Translations under genes and position numbers: made by a program
Shown here: one piece after another, positions 1 through 9,838 of the stretch
How positions within the stretch are numbered: the first letter of the stretch is position 1
Layout of the letters: the number at the start of each line of letters is the position of its first letter
The notes under the pieces: generated by a model
Told to the model about the DNA's origin: nothing
Databases searched by the model: none
Seen by the model: only the letters and a program-made list of their open reading frames with translations
From: a virus
Reading direction: 5' to 3' (one strand)
Virus record (IMG/VR): IMGVR_UViG_3300009181_000066
Span: 6,276-70,275 of that record
DNA length: 64,000 nucleotides

Positions 1-662
1 ACAACCTTCCAAAAGTTATTCACATACTTGTCTCTTTCATTCTTATATTTTAAATAATAAGCATGTTCCCATAAATCTAACCCTAAAAGAGGAAACCCAC
101 CATTTGTTTCTGTATCCATAAGGGGGTTATCTTGGTTGGGGGTTGTCATAATTTTTAGTCTGCCGTTTTTTGTTAAAACAAGCCATACCCAACCAGATCC
201 AAAATTACTTTTTGCGGATTCTTCAAACTTTTCTTTAAATTTATCAAATGAACCAAAAGATGACTCAATTTTTTTAAGTATTGACCCTGAAATTGTTTGT
301 TTTTTAGGTGAAAGCATTCTCCAAAAAAGAGCGTGATTAAACGCACCCCCACCATTATTTTTTACCTTTTTATTATATTTTGAAATTCTTTTTATAATAT
401 CTTCAAGTTCAACATCGTCCCCTTTTATCTTTTCAAGTTCCTTATTTAACTTTTCAACATACCCTTTATAGTGTTTTGAATAGTGGGTTTTCATTGTTTC
501 TGAATCAACAAATCTTTCAAGTGAATCATAACTATATGGAAGTTTTTCAACACTAATTGATTTTATTTCTGATATGATATTTTTATTTGATATTAAAGAT
601 TCACCAATAGATTCTTGGATCTTTTCAATTTTTTTTAAAAGTGGATCATAAACGGATTTCAT
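1..662 (-). CDS. sodA: Fe/Mn superoxide dismutase (Mn-type signature), with ~35-aa N-terminal extension; 3' end beyond window edge
   Basis: Manual translation of the reverse strand from ATG at 662: MKSVYDPLLKKIEKIQE...LPYSYDSLE...MKTHYSKHYKGYV...NNGGGAFNHALFW...FGSGWVWL...TPNQDNP...LGLDLWEHAYY. All four metal ligands (H, H, D, H) are present; GGG and NQD are Mn-type determinants. Not in the ORF track. Confidence 0.95.
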   Translation of the reverse strand, partial: MKSVYDPLLKKIEKIQESIGESLISNKNIISEIKSISVEKLPYSYDSLERFVDSETMKTHYSKHYKGYVEKLNKELEKIKGDDVELEDIIKRISKYNKKVKNNGGGAFNHALFWRMLSPKKQTISGSILKKIESSFGSFDKFKEKFEESAKSNFGSGWVWLVLTKNGRLKIMTTPNQDNPLMDTETNGGFPLLGLDLWEHAYYLKYKNERDKYVNNFWKV

Positions 663-687
663 AATATATAAATATATGAAAAGTTGA

Positions 688-3567
688 TTATGATCTTTGG
701 GATATTCTATTTAGGATTTCTTCTAATGTGTCTCCCATATCATCATCTATTTGATCACCCATAACAGTATTTATGATTTTTTTCTTTCTATTTAAAATAT
801 CATATATTGCACCTTCAATTGTGTTTTCAAATAATGGGTAATAAACAAGGACATTATTTTTTTGTCCATATCTATAAGCTCTATCTTCCGCTTGTGCGTG
901 TTCAGCAGGAACAAATGATAAGTCATTCATAATAACAACCTCTGCCGATGTTAATGTTAACCCAACTCCCGCCGCTTTTAAATTTCCAATAAAAACATTA
1001 ATTTTATCGTTTTCTTGAAACTGATCAACAGCAAATTGTCTTTGTACTTTTGAACAACTACCATCCAAATAAACAGATGATTTTCCAAAATGATTATGAA
1101 GTAGTTGTAATGTTTCGGTAAAGTTTGTAAATATGATTACTTTTTTTCCTTGTTCAATAATATTTTCAGCAATTTCAATTGTATTATTTATTTTTTCATC
1201 TGCAATTACCTTTCTTACTTTCATTAGTTTTGAAAACTGAACGGTAAGCGATGATGATTCCTCACTTTTATTTTCATACCAATTAAAATACTCACCCATA
1301 AGGTCTTCGTATTCTTTTGATTTTAATCTTAAATAAATTGGGGTAATAATTTTATCAGGTAGATCTAACACGTCTTCTTTTAATCTCCTAAGAATTTGTT
1401 TTGAAGTTCTTTCTCTTAACTCATCAAGATTTGATGCTCCTTGAACGTTCCAAACTTTTCTTTTTCCCGCATTAAATTGATAACCTTGACAATATCTAAT
1501 GGCATATGCCATCCAGTTAGCGGCAACGGGGCTTTCAATAATATTTAAAATATTATAATAATTAATTGGTCTTGATGTCATTGGAGTTCCCGTCAATAAC
1601 CAAACCCTTTCAATTTTTTTAACAAATGTATTTATGATTTTTGTTCTTTGAGCTTGAGGATTTGAGATCATATGTGCTTCATCAAGTATAACAAGATCAA
1701 AATTAGAAGTAGAAATTAAAGAATTGTCCTTATCTTTAATATCATAAAAGTTTTTTAATATATCGTAATTAATAATGGTAAATTCTTCGTCTGTTGAAAA
1801 CTTTTTTCCTTCACATATATAAACACTTTTATCTGAATAGTTTTGTATTTCTCTTTGCCAGTTAATTTTAAGTGACGCTGGACATATAATTAAAATCTTT
1901 TTTGCTCCTGTTTCTAATGCTGCTATAATTGTGGATGTGGTGTTATGTGTTACAATACAATGTTCTGTAACATATAATTTATCAGGAGCGTCAACTGAAA
2001 TACAAACACTTTCTTCAAAACCAACTTTTTCAATATTTTTAATATATCTACCTGTTGGGTATTTTTTTGGTTCAATGTATTTATTAGTCTTTCTTTTTAA
2101 TCTAAACGGATTCATACCCTTCGGTAATTTAATATTAACTCTATATGCTAATTTACCTTTCTTTTTTTCTCCGTTGTGGGTGTATGTTGGAACACGCGAT
2201 TTAACTCTAGCCACCCCACCCAAAGTTTGCACAATCTCAACTACATCATCACATAGTTCTTTTGAAATAGTTGAAAATTCTGTTCCTAAAAAAGTTCCAG
2301 ACCCATTATACATACAATGTCCGTCAGTATCCATCAATCCTTGTAGTATTGATAATCTATTTTCTATTGACGAATATTTGTATATTTCAGGAATAAATTT
2401 GTTATGGGATCGGGCTTCGTTAAGATTGAGCTCGTTTAATATATCCCTACCAATAAATTTATTCCCTTTTCTTTTATTTCCAATTTTTTTATTTTCATTT
2501 AAATTAAAATCATTAAATAATTCATCATAATCGTCGCGATGAACTGTAAAAACACAAGATGATTTAGTTATATGTCCATCTCCCAAAATCAGACCTAAAA
2601 AATATGGGTTAATCGGAAGAATATCGTTTCGTTTAAATTGTATAGGGTCAACAATTGGTATTTGCCATTTATTATTTCCGTTTGGTGATTTATAATAAGT
2701 TTCAATTTCGTATTCCTTATCTTTATTATAGTCAATACCTTTAACTTTAATTTTACCCCCCTCATACATTTGTTTTGTTGATAAAACTAAAGATTTTTTT
2801 CGTCTTTCGTTTTTTCTATTTTTACCATAATTGGGTGATGAAACTGACCACAAATGTTCATCACCGGCCAAAATAGAAAATCCGTCATTAAATGTAATTT
2901 TATATGTTTCCTTTACTCCCTGTGGGTACACACCAATAACGTTATACGATTTGCCGTCACTACCAATAACGTTATCTCCTACTTTTAAATCCCCAATTTT
3001 TTTTCTACCATTTGGGGTAAATACCTTATTATTCTTAGGTTCGCACTTACCGAGTCCCATATCGTCTGCCAAAATGAATCTTTTAGATCCTGCAAGTTTT
3101 TCTATTGCTTCTTTTTGATGTGAAAGTGGAGGTCTATGATTATATTTTGAATAATCAATATTAACTTTTTCTGTTGTGTGGGTTTTTATAATTGCCGTTT
3201 TTGGAAGCCAAAAATCATAAAGAGTTTGACCACTAAACATCTTACCCCAAATATGATAGGACTTATCTTTTTCAACCAAAAGTTTTTCAACATAAATTTC
3301 TTTTGGTTCCGTAGGTAGAAGCTTTTCCTCCATCAATTTTTTTGAAAAATAAGAATCAACTTCAACCCATTTTTTTGCAACTTTTGGTATTACGTTTTCG
3401 TAGTTAATTATGTATTCTGCTTGAGATCTTGTTATGACATAATTTTTATTTGTCAAACCTTTCTTTTTGATATTCAAAATATAATTGTTGGAACCTTCAT
3501 AAGTTTCCAATATATTTTTTGCCCTAATTTCGGGTAATACACTTAAAGAATCTGAATCTTTATTCAC
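688..3567 (-). CDS. SNF2-family (SMARCAL1/HARP-like) helicase/translocase interrupted by an intein
   Basis: ILADDMGLGK|T (motif I), ICPASLKINW, ILDEAH, LTGTP, GVGLTLT, QAEDRAYRYGQ; GTG start. Confidence 0.93.
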   Translation of the reverse strand: MNKDSDSLSVLPEIRAKNILETYEGSNNYILNIKKKGLTNKNYVITRSQAEYIINYENVIPKVAKKWVEVDSYFSKKLMEEKLLPTEPKEIYVEKLLVEKDKSYHIWGKMFSGQTLYDFWLPKTAIIKTHTTEKVNIDYSKYNHRPPLSHQKEAIEKLAGSKRFILADDMGLGKCEPKNNKVFTPNGRKKIGDLKVGDNVIGSDGKSYNVIGVYPQGVKETYKITFNDGFSILAGDEHLWSVSSPNYGKNRKNERRKKSLVLSTKQMYEGGKIKVKGIDYNKDKEYEIETYYKSPNGNNKWQIPIVDPIQFKRNDILPINPYFLGLILGDGHITKSSCVFTVHRDDYDELFNDFNLNENKKIGNKRKGNKFIGRDILNELNLNEARSHNKFIPEIYKYSSIENRLSILQGLMDTDGHCMYNGSGTFLGTEFSTISKELCDDVVEIVQTLGGVARVKSRVPTYTHNGEKKKGKLAYRVNIKLPKGMNPFRLKRKTNKYIEPKKYPTGRYIKNIEKVGFEESVCISVDAPDKLYVTEHCIVTHNTTSTIIAALETGAKKILIICPASLKINWQREIQNYSDKSVYICEGKKFSTDEEFTIINYDILKNFYDIKDKDNSLISTSNFDLVILDEAHMISNPQAQRTKIINTFVKKIERVWLLTGTPMTSRPINYYNILNIIESPVAANWMAYAIRYCQGYQFNAGKRKVWNVQGASNLDELRERTSKQILRRLKEDVLDLPDKIITPIYLRLKSKEYEDLMGEYFNWYENKSEESSSLTVQFSKLMKVRKVIADEKINNTIEIAENIIEQGKKVIIFTNFTETLQLLHNHFGKSSVYLDGSCSKVQRQFAVDQFQENDKINVFIGNLKAAGVGLTLTSAEVVIMNDLSFVPAEHAQAEDRAYRYGQKNNVLVYYPLFENTIEGAIYDILNRKKKIINTVMGDQIDDDMGDTLEEILNRISQRS
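1942..3045 (-). mobile_element. Intein (368 aa) with LAGLIDADG homing endonuclease, inserted in the helicase P-loop
   Basis: Starts with Cys (CEPKNNKVFTPNG...IGDLKVGD), block B GDEHLW, LAGLIDADG motifs YFLGLILGDG and ILQGLMDTDG, ends CIVTHN followed by +1 Thr. Removal restores DDMGLGK-TTSTI. Confidence 0.95.
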
Positions 3568-3581
3568 AATATTTTTTTTAT

Positions 3582-3610
3582 AATATAGTAAAATTTAATT
3601 AAAAAATCAA
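3582..3610 (-). promoter_or_regulatory. Sigma70-like promoter for the helicase (TTGATT-17-TATATT)
   Basis: Reverse strand reads TTGATT ttttaattaaattttac TATATT, ending 14 nt upstream of the GTG start; divergent from the TATTTAT element at 3617. Confidence 0.5.
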
Positions 3611-3628
3611 TTATGATATTTATATTAT

Positions 3629-4144
3629 ATGACACAAAATAGAGTACCAATAACAAGATTAAATAAGTTTTTTTCCGAAACTGATTACGACTTAGAAATT
3701 AATATGGGGCGGGAATGGTTGGATTCAGATATGAATTTTACCTTAGTCCTTTATAGAATTGATAGGCAGCGCACCGACTCTGACGATGTATATGGTGAAA
3801 CGTCAAGTGATTCTATACAATTTTTACCTCCTGTTGAATTTAAAGGATACGTTCAAATTGAGGCTCCAACCAATGTTGATTACGGATCATCAAGATTATC
3901 ACAAACAGAACCTGGTAACTTAAAAGTTGGGGTTTATCAAAAACAACTTGAAGAGTTGGGTATTGATATTAATTATGGTGATTATATCGGATACTATGAG
4001 ACCGAAACAAGAGTTCGTTATTATAGTGTTGTTGATGATGGTCGTGTACTTAGTGATAATAAACACACATACGGAGGGTACAAACCATTTTATCGTTCAA
4101 TTAACGCTGCCCCTGTTACAGATAATGAATTTAGAGGAATTTAA
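3629..4144 (+). CDS. Neck / head-closure protein (T4 gp14-like)
   Basis: DDVYGE...F.PPVE, 'LEELGIDINYGDYI' pattern typical of head-closure proteins; position upstream of tail terminator and sheath. Confidence 0.6.
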   Translation: MTQNRVPITRLNKFFSETDYDLEINMGREWLDSDMNFTLVLYRIDRQRTDSDDVYGETSSDSIQFLPPVEFKGYVQIEAPTNVDYGSSRLSQTEPGNLKVGVYQKQLEELGIDINYGDYIGYYETETRVRYYSVVDDGRVLSDNKHTYGGYKPFYRSINAAPVTDNEFRGI

Positions 4145-4146
4145 TA

Positions 4147-5187
4147 ATGGCACTTCCAAAAAAAGAAAAAAAATATTTACCACTTACACCAGTCAAAACT
4201 CTTTTAGAAAGAAGAGAAGAAATGGTTGATGAAATAATGGACGGAGGAACTTACCTACCAAAAGGGGTTTTACATGCAGATTTAGATAAGGGGATGCTTG
4301 ATTTTGTTAAGGATTCTCTTAAAACGGTTGTTGAAGGAAAAGTTGTACCAAATATTGAAAGAATAATTACAAACCAAAATTGGTCTCAATTTGTTACCTC
4401 TTGGAACTTTCAGGATTTAGATAAAAACGTTTCATTACCATTTATCACTACCGTTAGAATGCCTGAAGTAAAATACGGAACAAACCCATCAACAAAATAT
4501 AACATTCCTGATAGAAAAGAATTTTTATACGCGACAGTTCCAACTTGGGACGGACAAAGAAAGGGGGTTGATGTTTATAAAATACCTCAACCAGTTCCTG
4601 TAGATATTACCTACAATGTTAAATTTTTTGCAAATAGAATGAGAGAGATCAATGAGTTCAATAAAATTGTAATGCAAAAATTTACATCAAGACAAGCATA
4701 TACACAAATAAAAGGAAACTATATTCCAATTATTTTAGAAGATGTTTCAGATGAATCGGCAAAAGATCTTGAAAAAAGAAAGTATTATATTTCAAATTAT
4801 AAGTTTTTAATGCAAGGTATTTTAATTGATGAAGAGGAATTTCAAGTATCTCCAGCAGTGACAAGACAAGTATCTATGTTTGAAGTTGATTTTAAAACAA
4901 AGGCGAGATATGCAAAAGGAGAACCCGCAAGACCTAACTTTTTTGATTTAAATATTAATTTTATTTCAGGAGTTACACAATTAAGTGAAGTATTTAGATA
5001 TACTGCAGATTTAAAAGTCAATTCAACTGACAATGTTGATTCATATTCTGTTTATATAAATAACAATTATGTTGGTGATAATATTTCTCCTATTCAAGTA
5101 ACTGATCACGATCTTGTAAGATTTGAAGTTGTTAAAATAGATAATTCAAAAGAGTCATTAATTAATACAACCGCATATCTTCAGTAG
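4147..5187 (+). CDS. Tail terminator / tail completion protein (T4 gp15-like)
   Basis: LPFITTVR, PQPVPVDITYNVKF...NEF...F pattern; synteny between neck and sheath. Confidence 0.6.
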   Translation: MALPKKEKKYLPLTPVKTLLERREEMVDEIMDGGTYLPKGVLHADLDKGMLDFVKDSLKTVVEGKVVPNIERIITNQNWSQFVTSWNFQDLDKNVSLPFITTVRMPEVKYGTNPSTKYNIPDRKEFLYATVPTWDGQRKGVDVYKIPQPVPVDITYNVKFFANRMREINEFNKIVMQKFTSRQAYTQIKGNYIPIILEDVSDESAKDLEKRKYYISNYKFLMQGILIDEEEFQVSPAVTRQVSMFEVDFKTKARYAKGEPARPNFFDLNINFISGVTQLSEVFRYTADLKVNSTDNVDSYSVYINNNYVGDNISPIQVTDHDLVRFEVVKIDNSKESLINTTAYLQ

Positions 5188-5337
5188 TTATTCTCCGTAG
5201 ATGTCGGTTGTTTCTCTGCAATATTCTTTAATTAAAGTCTCTAAAAACTTATAAATTTTTAATCCTTTTTTATCACAATACTTTTTAAGCTGATTATGGC
5301 TTTCTTCTGAAATCTTTATGTTTTTAATTTTTTTCAT
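5188..5337 (-). CDS. Small ribbon-helix-helix-like DNA-binding protein (49 aa)
   Basis: Manual translation MKKIKNIKISEESHNQLKKYCDKKGLKIYKFLETLIKEYCRETTDIYGE. Beta-strand (KNIKIS), helix, G turn, helix pattern; TATTTAT 5 nt upstream on the same strand; stop abuts the stop of the previous gene. Confidence 0.7.
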   Translation of the reverse strand: MKKIKNIKISEESHNQLKKYCDKKGLKIYKFLETLIKEYCRETTDIYGE

Positions 5338-5475
5338 ATTAGATAAATAATTTAAAGGTGAGAAAAAAGGCAGAATTTTTTCATACTACCCATAAAATAT
5401 ATTATTATAACCCCGATTTTTACATTTTTTCAAAGTATTTATAGTTAAAATAAAACTTAAAAGAACTTTTAAAAA

Positions 5476-8400
5476 ATGGCATCAAGTAACAAAGTATTCG
5501 TTTCACCTGGAGTATACACTTCAGAGAGAGATTTAACATTTGTGGCACAAAGTGTAGGGGTTACAACATTAGGTATTGTTGGAGAAACTCTACAAGGACC
5601 GGCTTTCGAACCAATATTCATCAGAAACTTTGATGAATTCCAAGTTTATTTCGGGGGTACAAGTCCTGAGAAATTTGTTAACACTCAAATTCCAAAATAT
5701 GAAGCAGCGTACATCGCTAAATCATATTTATCACAATCAAACCAACTTTTCGTAACAAGAGTATTAGGACTATCAGGTTATGATGCGGGTCCATCTTGGT
5801 CTATTACCACTATCGGTAATATAAACCCATCAACATTAGGTGCTACCGGTAATACTGGTCCTGTTTATGTAAACTTTACAGGTACAACAGGTAACAGTGG
5901 AAATGTAGTTATCACTTCAGTACCAGCAGCATTAAGTTCTGTATTTTATTCAACATACTCTACAGATACTAATGGTTCATCAACCATTGATTTAGATTTT
6001 AGAAAGTCGATTGTTGATCAAATTAATTTATATTCCACATCGTCCTCAACTTCGGCAACTACTTCGTATTTTTGGGGTTCAGTTAGTGGAGGAACTTTAT
6101 CAGATATTACAGGAGATTCTTTAAATACTGTTACTACTTTGTCAAATGTTTTAAGTGTTGATAATGTTAATTTAACAAATGCAGATTTGTCATCATACAA
6201 AAATGATGCATGGTACTACTCATTATTTAACTACGCATCGGGAGATTATAGTGGTTTTGGTTTTGGAGCATCTTTATCATCAATATCAGCAATAACGGCA
6301 TCTGTTTATTCAGGTTCAATGGCCGTTTATTTAACAAATTATTCAGGAACTGCATATTCTGATTATGATAACTTAGTAGTTGCAACCCTTAGATCAAGAG
6401 GTCTTTCCGAATATAATAGTCAGCAAAAAGGACCTAATTATGAAGTAACAGGAAAAACAGATGTTACATTAATAACCACAGGGTCATATTCTGCAGTTTC
6501 AGAAAATCCACTTTCAACGTTTGTTGTTTCTGGGGTTTCTTCAGATGGAGACACATTTAATTTTGAAACAAGTTTGCAATCAACTGATGTAAATTCAATC
6601 TCAAACGTTTTTGGTAGATCAAACTTTGGTAAAGATAAAGAAGAAGTTCCATTATTTGTTGAGGAGGTTTATTACACATTATTACTTAATGGATACAGAA
6701 ATGGTAAAATTAGAGGTATTAACGGATCTTTAGTTTCTACTTTAGGTGCTAGATCATTAGAAACTGATTCAATTGGTTTTTATCTTGAGCAATACCAAAC
6801 ACCTGAAACTCCTTACATTGTTTCTGAACTTAGAGGTAATAAAACTTACAAATTATTTAAGTTTAGATTAATTTCTGATGGTAATGCAGCAAACAGATTA
6901 GTTAAACTTTCTATTGGTAACGTATCATTTGCTAACGGAACATTTGATTTATTTATAAGAGATTACTTTGATACAGATAGAAATGTTGTAGTACTTGAAA
7001 GTTTTACAAATTGTTCAATGGATCCAACATTAAACAATTATGTAGCAAACAAAGTTGGTACAGCAAATGGTGAATTTGCACTTAAATCTAAATTTATAAT
7101 GTTAGAAATGAGTGAGGAAGCACCATCAGATGCACTTCCTTGTGGTTTTGAAGGTTACATTTCAAGAGAATACGATACTGCAACACCTCCGTTTGTAAAT
7201 TATAAAACAAAATATTTGAAAGCGGGTGATGTTATTTATAACCCACCATTCGGATCATCTTCAGGTGGAGATAATACAGTTATTTCAAGTGGAGAAAATC
7301 CAAGATTTGCATACTTAGGTATTTCAAATATCACGGGTTATGATTCAGATTTCTTCCAATATAAAGGTAAACAACTTCCGGCAAATTTAGGAACTGACAC
7401 TGTAGGTATTGATTGGGGTTATATAACTAAAGGTTTCCACTTTGATAGTGGGGCAACTGTTGTAACAATCACATCAGGACCGACATCAGGACAATCAGCG
7501 TACGAAGTAGGTGTTACATCATTTAGATCTGAACCTTCAGAAAATGATGACGCATACTACAAACTTAACACTCGTAAATTTACATTACTATCTTACGGAG
7601 GGTTTGATGGTTGGGATATCTATAGAGAATATAGAACTAACGATGACAGATTTATCTTAGGTGCTAGTGGTTATAAGTTTGGTGCGGAAGCGTCAATTAC
7701 TTATCCTACTGCAACAGGATGGGGAGCATTTAAACAAATCTCAGGACCTAACCAAGAAGTGTGGGGTAATACTGATTACTACGCATACCTTTGGGGACAA
7801 AAAACATTGGCTAACCCTGAAGCGGTTAACATCAATGTATTTGTTACTCCTGGTATTGACTATGTAAACAACTCAAACTTAGTTGAGGAAGCGGTTACAA
7901 TGATAGAAACAGACAGAGCTGATTCAATCTACATCTGTACTACACCTGACTTTGATTTATTCTCACCAACCCTTGATCCGGTAGATACTAACACTATCTA
8001 TCCTCAAGAGGCGGTAGATAATTTAGAATCGACAGGTTTAGATTCTAACTACACTGCAACTTACTACCCTTGGGTACTTACAAGAGATAGTGTAAATAAT
8101 ACTCAAATCTACTTACCAGCAACGGCTGAAGTTACAAGAAACTTAGCGTTAACTGACAACATCGCATTTCCTTGGTTCGCATCAGCGGGTTACACAAGAG
8201 GTATTGTGAATTCAATTAAAGCACGTAAAACTTTAACTCAAGAAGATAGAGATACTCTTTACAAAGGAAGAATCAATCCAATTGCAACTTTTAACGATGT
8301 GGGTACAGTAATTTGGGGTAACAAAACTCTTCAAGTTAGACAATCGGCACTTGATAGAATCAATGTTAGAAGATTGTTGTTACAAGCTCGTAAATTGATT

Positions 8401-8664
8401 TCAGCAGTTGCAGTTAGATTATTGTTTGAACAAAACGACAATAAAGTAAGACAAGATTTCTTGGATTCAGTTAACCCAATCTTAGATTCAATCAGAAGAG
8501 ATAGAGGTTTAATTGATTTCCGTGTGACAGTTTCAAACACACCTGAGGATCTTGACTCAAACACTCTTACAGGTAAAATATTCTTGAAACCTACAAGAGC
8601 ACTTGAATTTATCGACATCGAGTTCATCATTACTCCAACAGGGGCATCGTTTGATAACATCTAA
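5476..8664 (+). CDS. Contractile tail sheath protein (large, with insertion domains)
   Basis: FVSPGVYTSERD N-terminus; C-terminal PWFASAGYTRG, LYKGRINPI, WGNKTLQ, DRINVRRLL, FEQND, KPTRALEFI. Confidence 0.96.
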   Translation: MASSNKVFVSPGVYTSERDLTFVAQSVGVTTLGIVGETLQGPAFEPIFIRNFDEFQVYFGGTSPEKFVNTQIPKYEAAYIAKSYLSQSNQLFVTRVLGLSGYDAGPSWSITTIGNINPSTLGATGNTGPVYVNFTGTTGNSGNVVITSVPAALSSVFYSTYSTDTNGSSTIDLDFRKSIVDQINLYSTSSSTSATTSYFWGSVSGGTLSDITGDSLNTVTTLSNVLSVDNVNLTNADLSSYKNDAWYYSLFNYASGDYSGFGFGASLSSISAITASVYSGSMAVYLTNYSGTAYSDYDNLVVATLRSRGLSEYNSQQKGPNYEVTGKTDVTLITTGSYSAVSENPLSTFVVSGVSSDGDTFNFETSLQSTDVNSISNVFGRSNFGKDKEEVPLFVEEVYYTLLLNGYRNGKIRGINGSLVSTLGARSLETDSIGFYLEQYQTPETPYIVSELRGNKTYKLFKFRLISDGNAANRLVKLSIGNVSFANGTFDLFIRDYFDTDRNVVVLESFTNCSMDPTLNNYVANKVGTANGEFALKSKFIMLEMSEEAPSDALPCGFEGYISREYDTATPPFVNYKTKYLKAGDVIYNPPFGSSSGGDNTVISSGENPRFAYLGISNITGYDSDFFQYKGKQLPANLGTDTVGIDWGYITKGFHFDSGATVVTITSGPTSGQSAYEVGVTSFRSEPSENDDAYYKLNTRKFTLLSYGGFDGWDIYREYRTNDDRFILGASGYKFGAEASITYPTATGWGAFKQISGPNQEVWGNTDYYAYLWGQKTLANPEAVNINVFVTPGIDYVNNSNLVEEAVTMIETDRADSIYICTTPDFDLFSPTLDPVDTNTIYPQEAVDNLESTGLDSNYTATYYPWVLTRDSVNNTQIYLPATAEVTRNLALTDNIAFPWFASAGYTRGIVNSIKARKTLTQEDRDTLYKGRINPIATFNDVGTVIWGNKTLQVRQSALDRINVRRLLLQARKLISAVAVRLLFEQNDNKVRQDFLDSVNPILDSIRRDRGLIDFRVTVSNTPEDLDSNTLTGKIFLKPTRALEFIDIEFIITPTGASFDNI

Positions 8665-8674
8665 TAATAAAAAT

Positions 8675-8700
8675 GTGGGGGTAGGAAACTACTCCCACTT
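8675..8700 (+). terminator. Hairpin after sheath gene
   Basis: GTGGGGGTAG-GAAA-CTACTCCCAC stem-loop with short U tract. Confidence 0.6.
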
Positions 8701-8720
8701 ATATTTATAAAAAAAAAGTT

Positions 8721-8858
8721 ATGAAAATTACAAAAAAATTAATTAAAGAATCTTTGGGTTATAAAAATGAGGGTAAAAAATCATACTCTGAAAAAAAACA
8801 AAACATTATTATAACTGAAAAACAACTTGAAAAACTTTTAGAATATTACAAAAAATGA
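8721..8858 (+). CDS. Small basic protein (45 aa), possible head-targeting-leader family
   Basis: MKITKKLIKESLGYKNEGKKSYSEKKQNIIITEKQLEKLLEYYKK; preceded by TATTTAT (8702); ATGA overlap with next gene. Below ORF-track cutoff. Confidence 0.7.
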   Translation: MKITKKLIKESLGYKNEGKKSYSEKKQNIIITEKQLEKLLEYYKK

Positions 8859-9727
8859 TTATGAACTTAAAAAGACTAATTAGAAACGAAGTATTCAAGA
8901 TTGTTAAAGAAGGTATTTCTGAAGAAGGAGTTCCTGATTTAAAATATTATGCTTTTGACTGGGACGACAATATTTTATTTATGCCGACAACTATTATTGT
9001 TTTAGACGATAATGATGATGAGGTAAAAATGAGTACAGAAGATTTTGCTGAATATAGAGGTCAAATCGGTAATGAAAATTTTGAATATAAAGGTAAAACT
9101 ATTGTTGGTTACGCAAATAATCCTTATCGTAATTTTACAGTAGAGGGTGATAAAAACTTTTTAACTGATTGTATGTTAGCAAAAACAGGTCCGTCTTGGG
9201 GAGATTTTGTGGAATGTATAAATGGTGGGTCCGTATTTGCAATAATTACAGCAAGAGGACATTCCCCTGAAGTAATGAAAGAAGCAACATATAACCTTAT
9301 TATTAGTAACCATCAAGGAATTGATTCAAAAAGATGTGTAGAGAACTTAAAAAGATATATATCATTAATTATGGATCAAGATGCCAGTGGACTTTCAGAT
9401 AAAGAAGTTATAGACGATTATTTAGAACTTTGTTATTTTGCACCTGTTACAAATCCTGGTTTCGGAGGTGGTTCAGCATCAAATCCCGAAGAAGGGAAAA
9501 TAATTGCTTTAAGACATTTCATTTCATACTGTAAAGAACTTTCAAATGAGATTGGGGTAAAAGGATTATTTAAAAATGATATGTTAAATAAAGAACCAAA
9601 AATTGGGTTTTCAGACGATGACCCAAGAAACATAGAAAAGATATCAGGGTTTTTAGAAAAAGAATATCCAGAAAAACCAGTAGATATATATTTAACTAAA
9701 GGGGGAGAAAAAAGAAAAGTTAATTAA
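8855..9727 (+). CDS. HAD-superfamily phosphatase (PNKP/RNA-repair-like HAD)
   Basis: Motif I YAFDWDDNI, motif II IITARGH, motif III Lys (EEGK), motif IV FSDDDPRN. Confidence 0.75.
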   Translation: MIMNLKRLIRNEVFKIVKEGISEEGVPDLKYYAFDWDDNILFMPTTIIVLDDNDDEVKMSTEDFAEYRGQIGNENFEYKGKTIVGYANNPYRNFTVEGDKNFLTDCMLAKTGPSWGDFVECINGGSVFAIITARGHSPEVMKEATYNLIISNHQGIDSKRCVENLKRYISLIMDQDASGLSDKEVIDDYLELCYFAPVTNPGFGGGSASNPEEGKIIALRHFISYCKELSNEIGVKGLFKNDMLNKEPKIGFSDDDPRNIEKISGFLEKEYPEKPVDIYLTKGGEKRKVN

Positions 9728-9838
9728 TATAATTATTTACTAGTTAATACATAATTCTTAAAAAGTAGAAAGTAAATAGAAAAAAATTAAACGAACTAAT
9801 ATTTATAAATAAAATAAAATTTTTTAAAACAAATAGAC

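Noticed and set aside
136-355. ORF-track calls 136..336(+) and 173..355(-)
   Set aside because: Shadows of the real SOD gene, which is in another minus-strand frame.
1931-3118. Plus-strand ORFs of 199 and 95 aa opposite the intein
   Set aside because: Antisense shadows of the helicase/intein frame; no motifs or start context.
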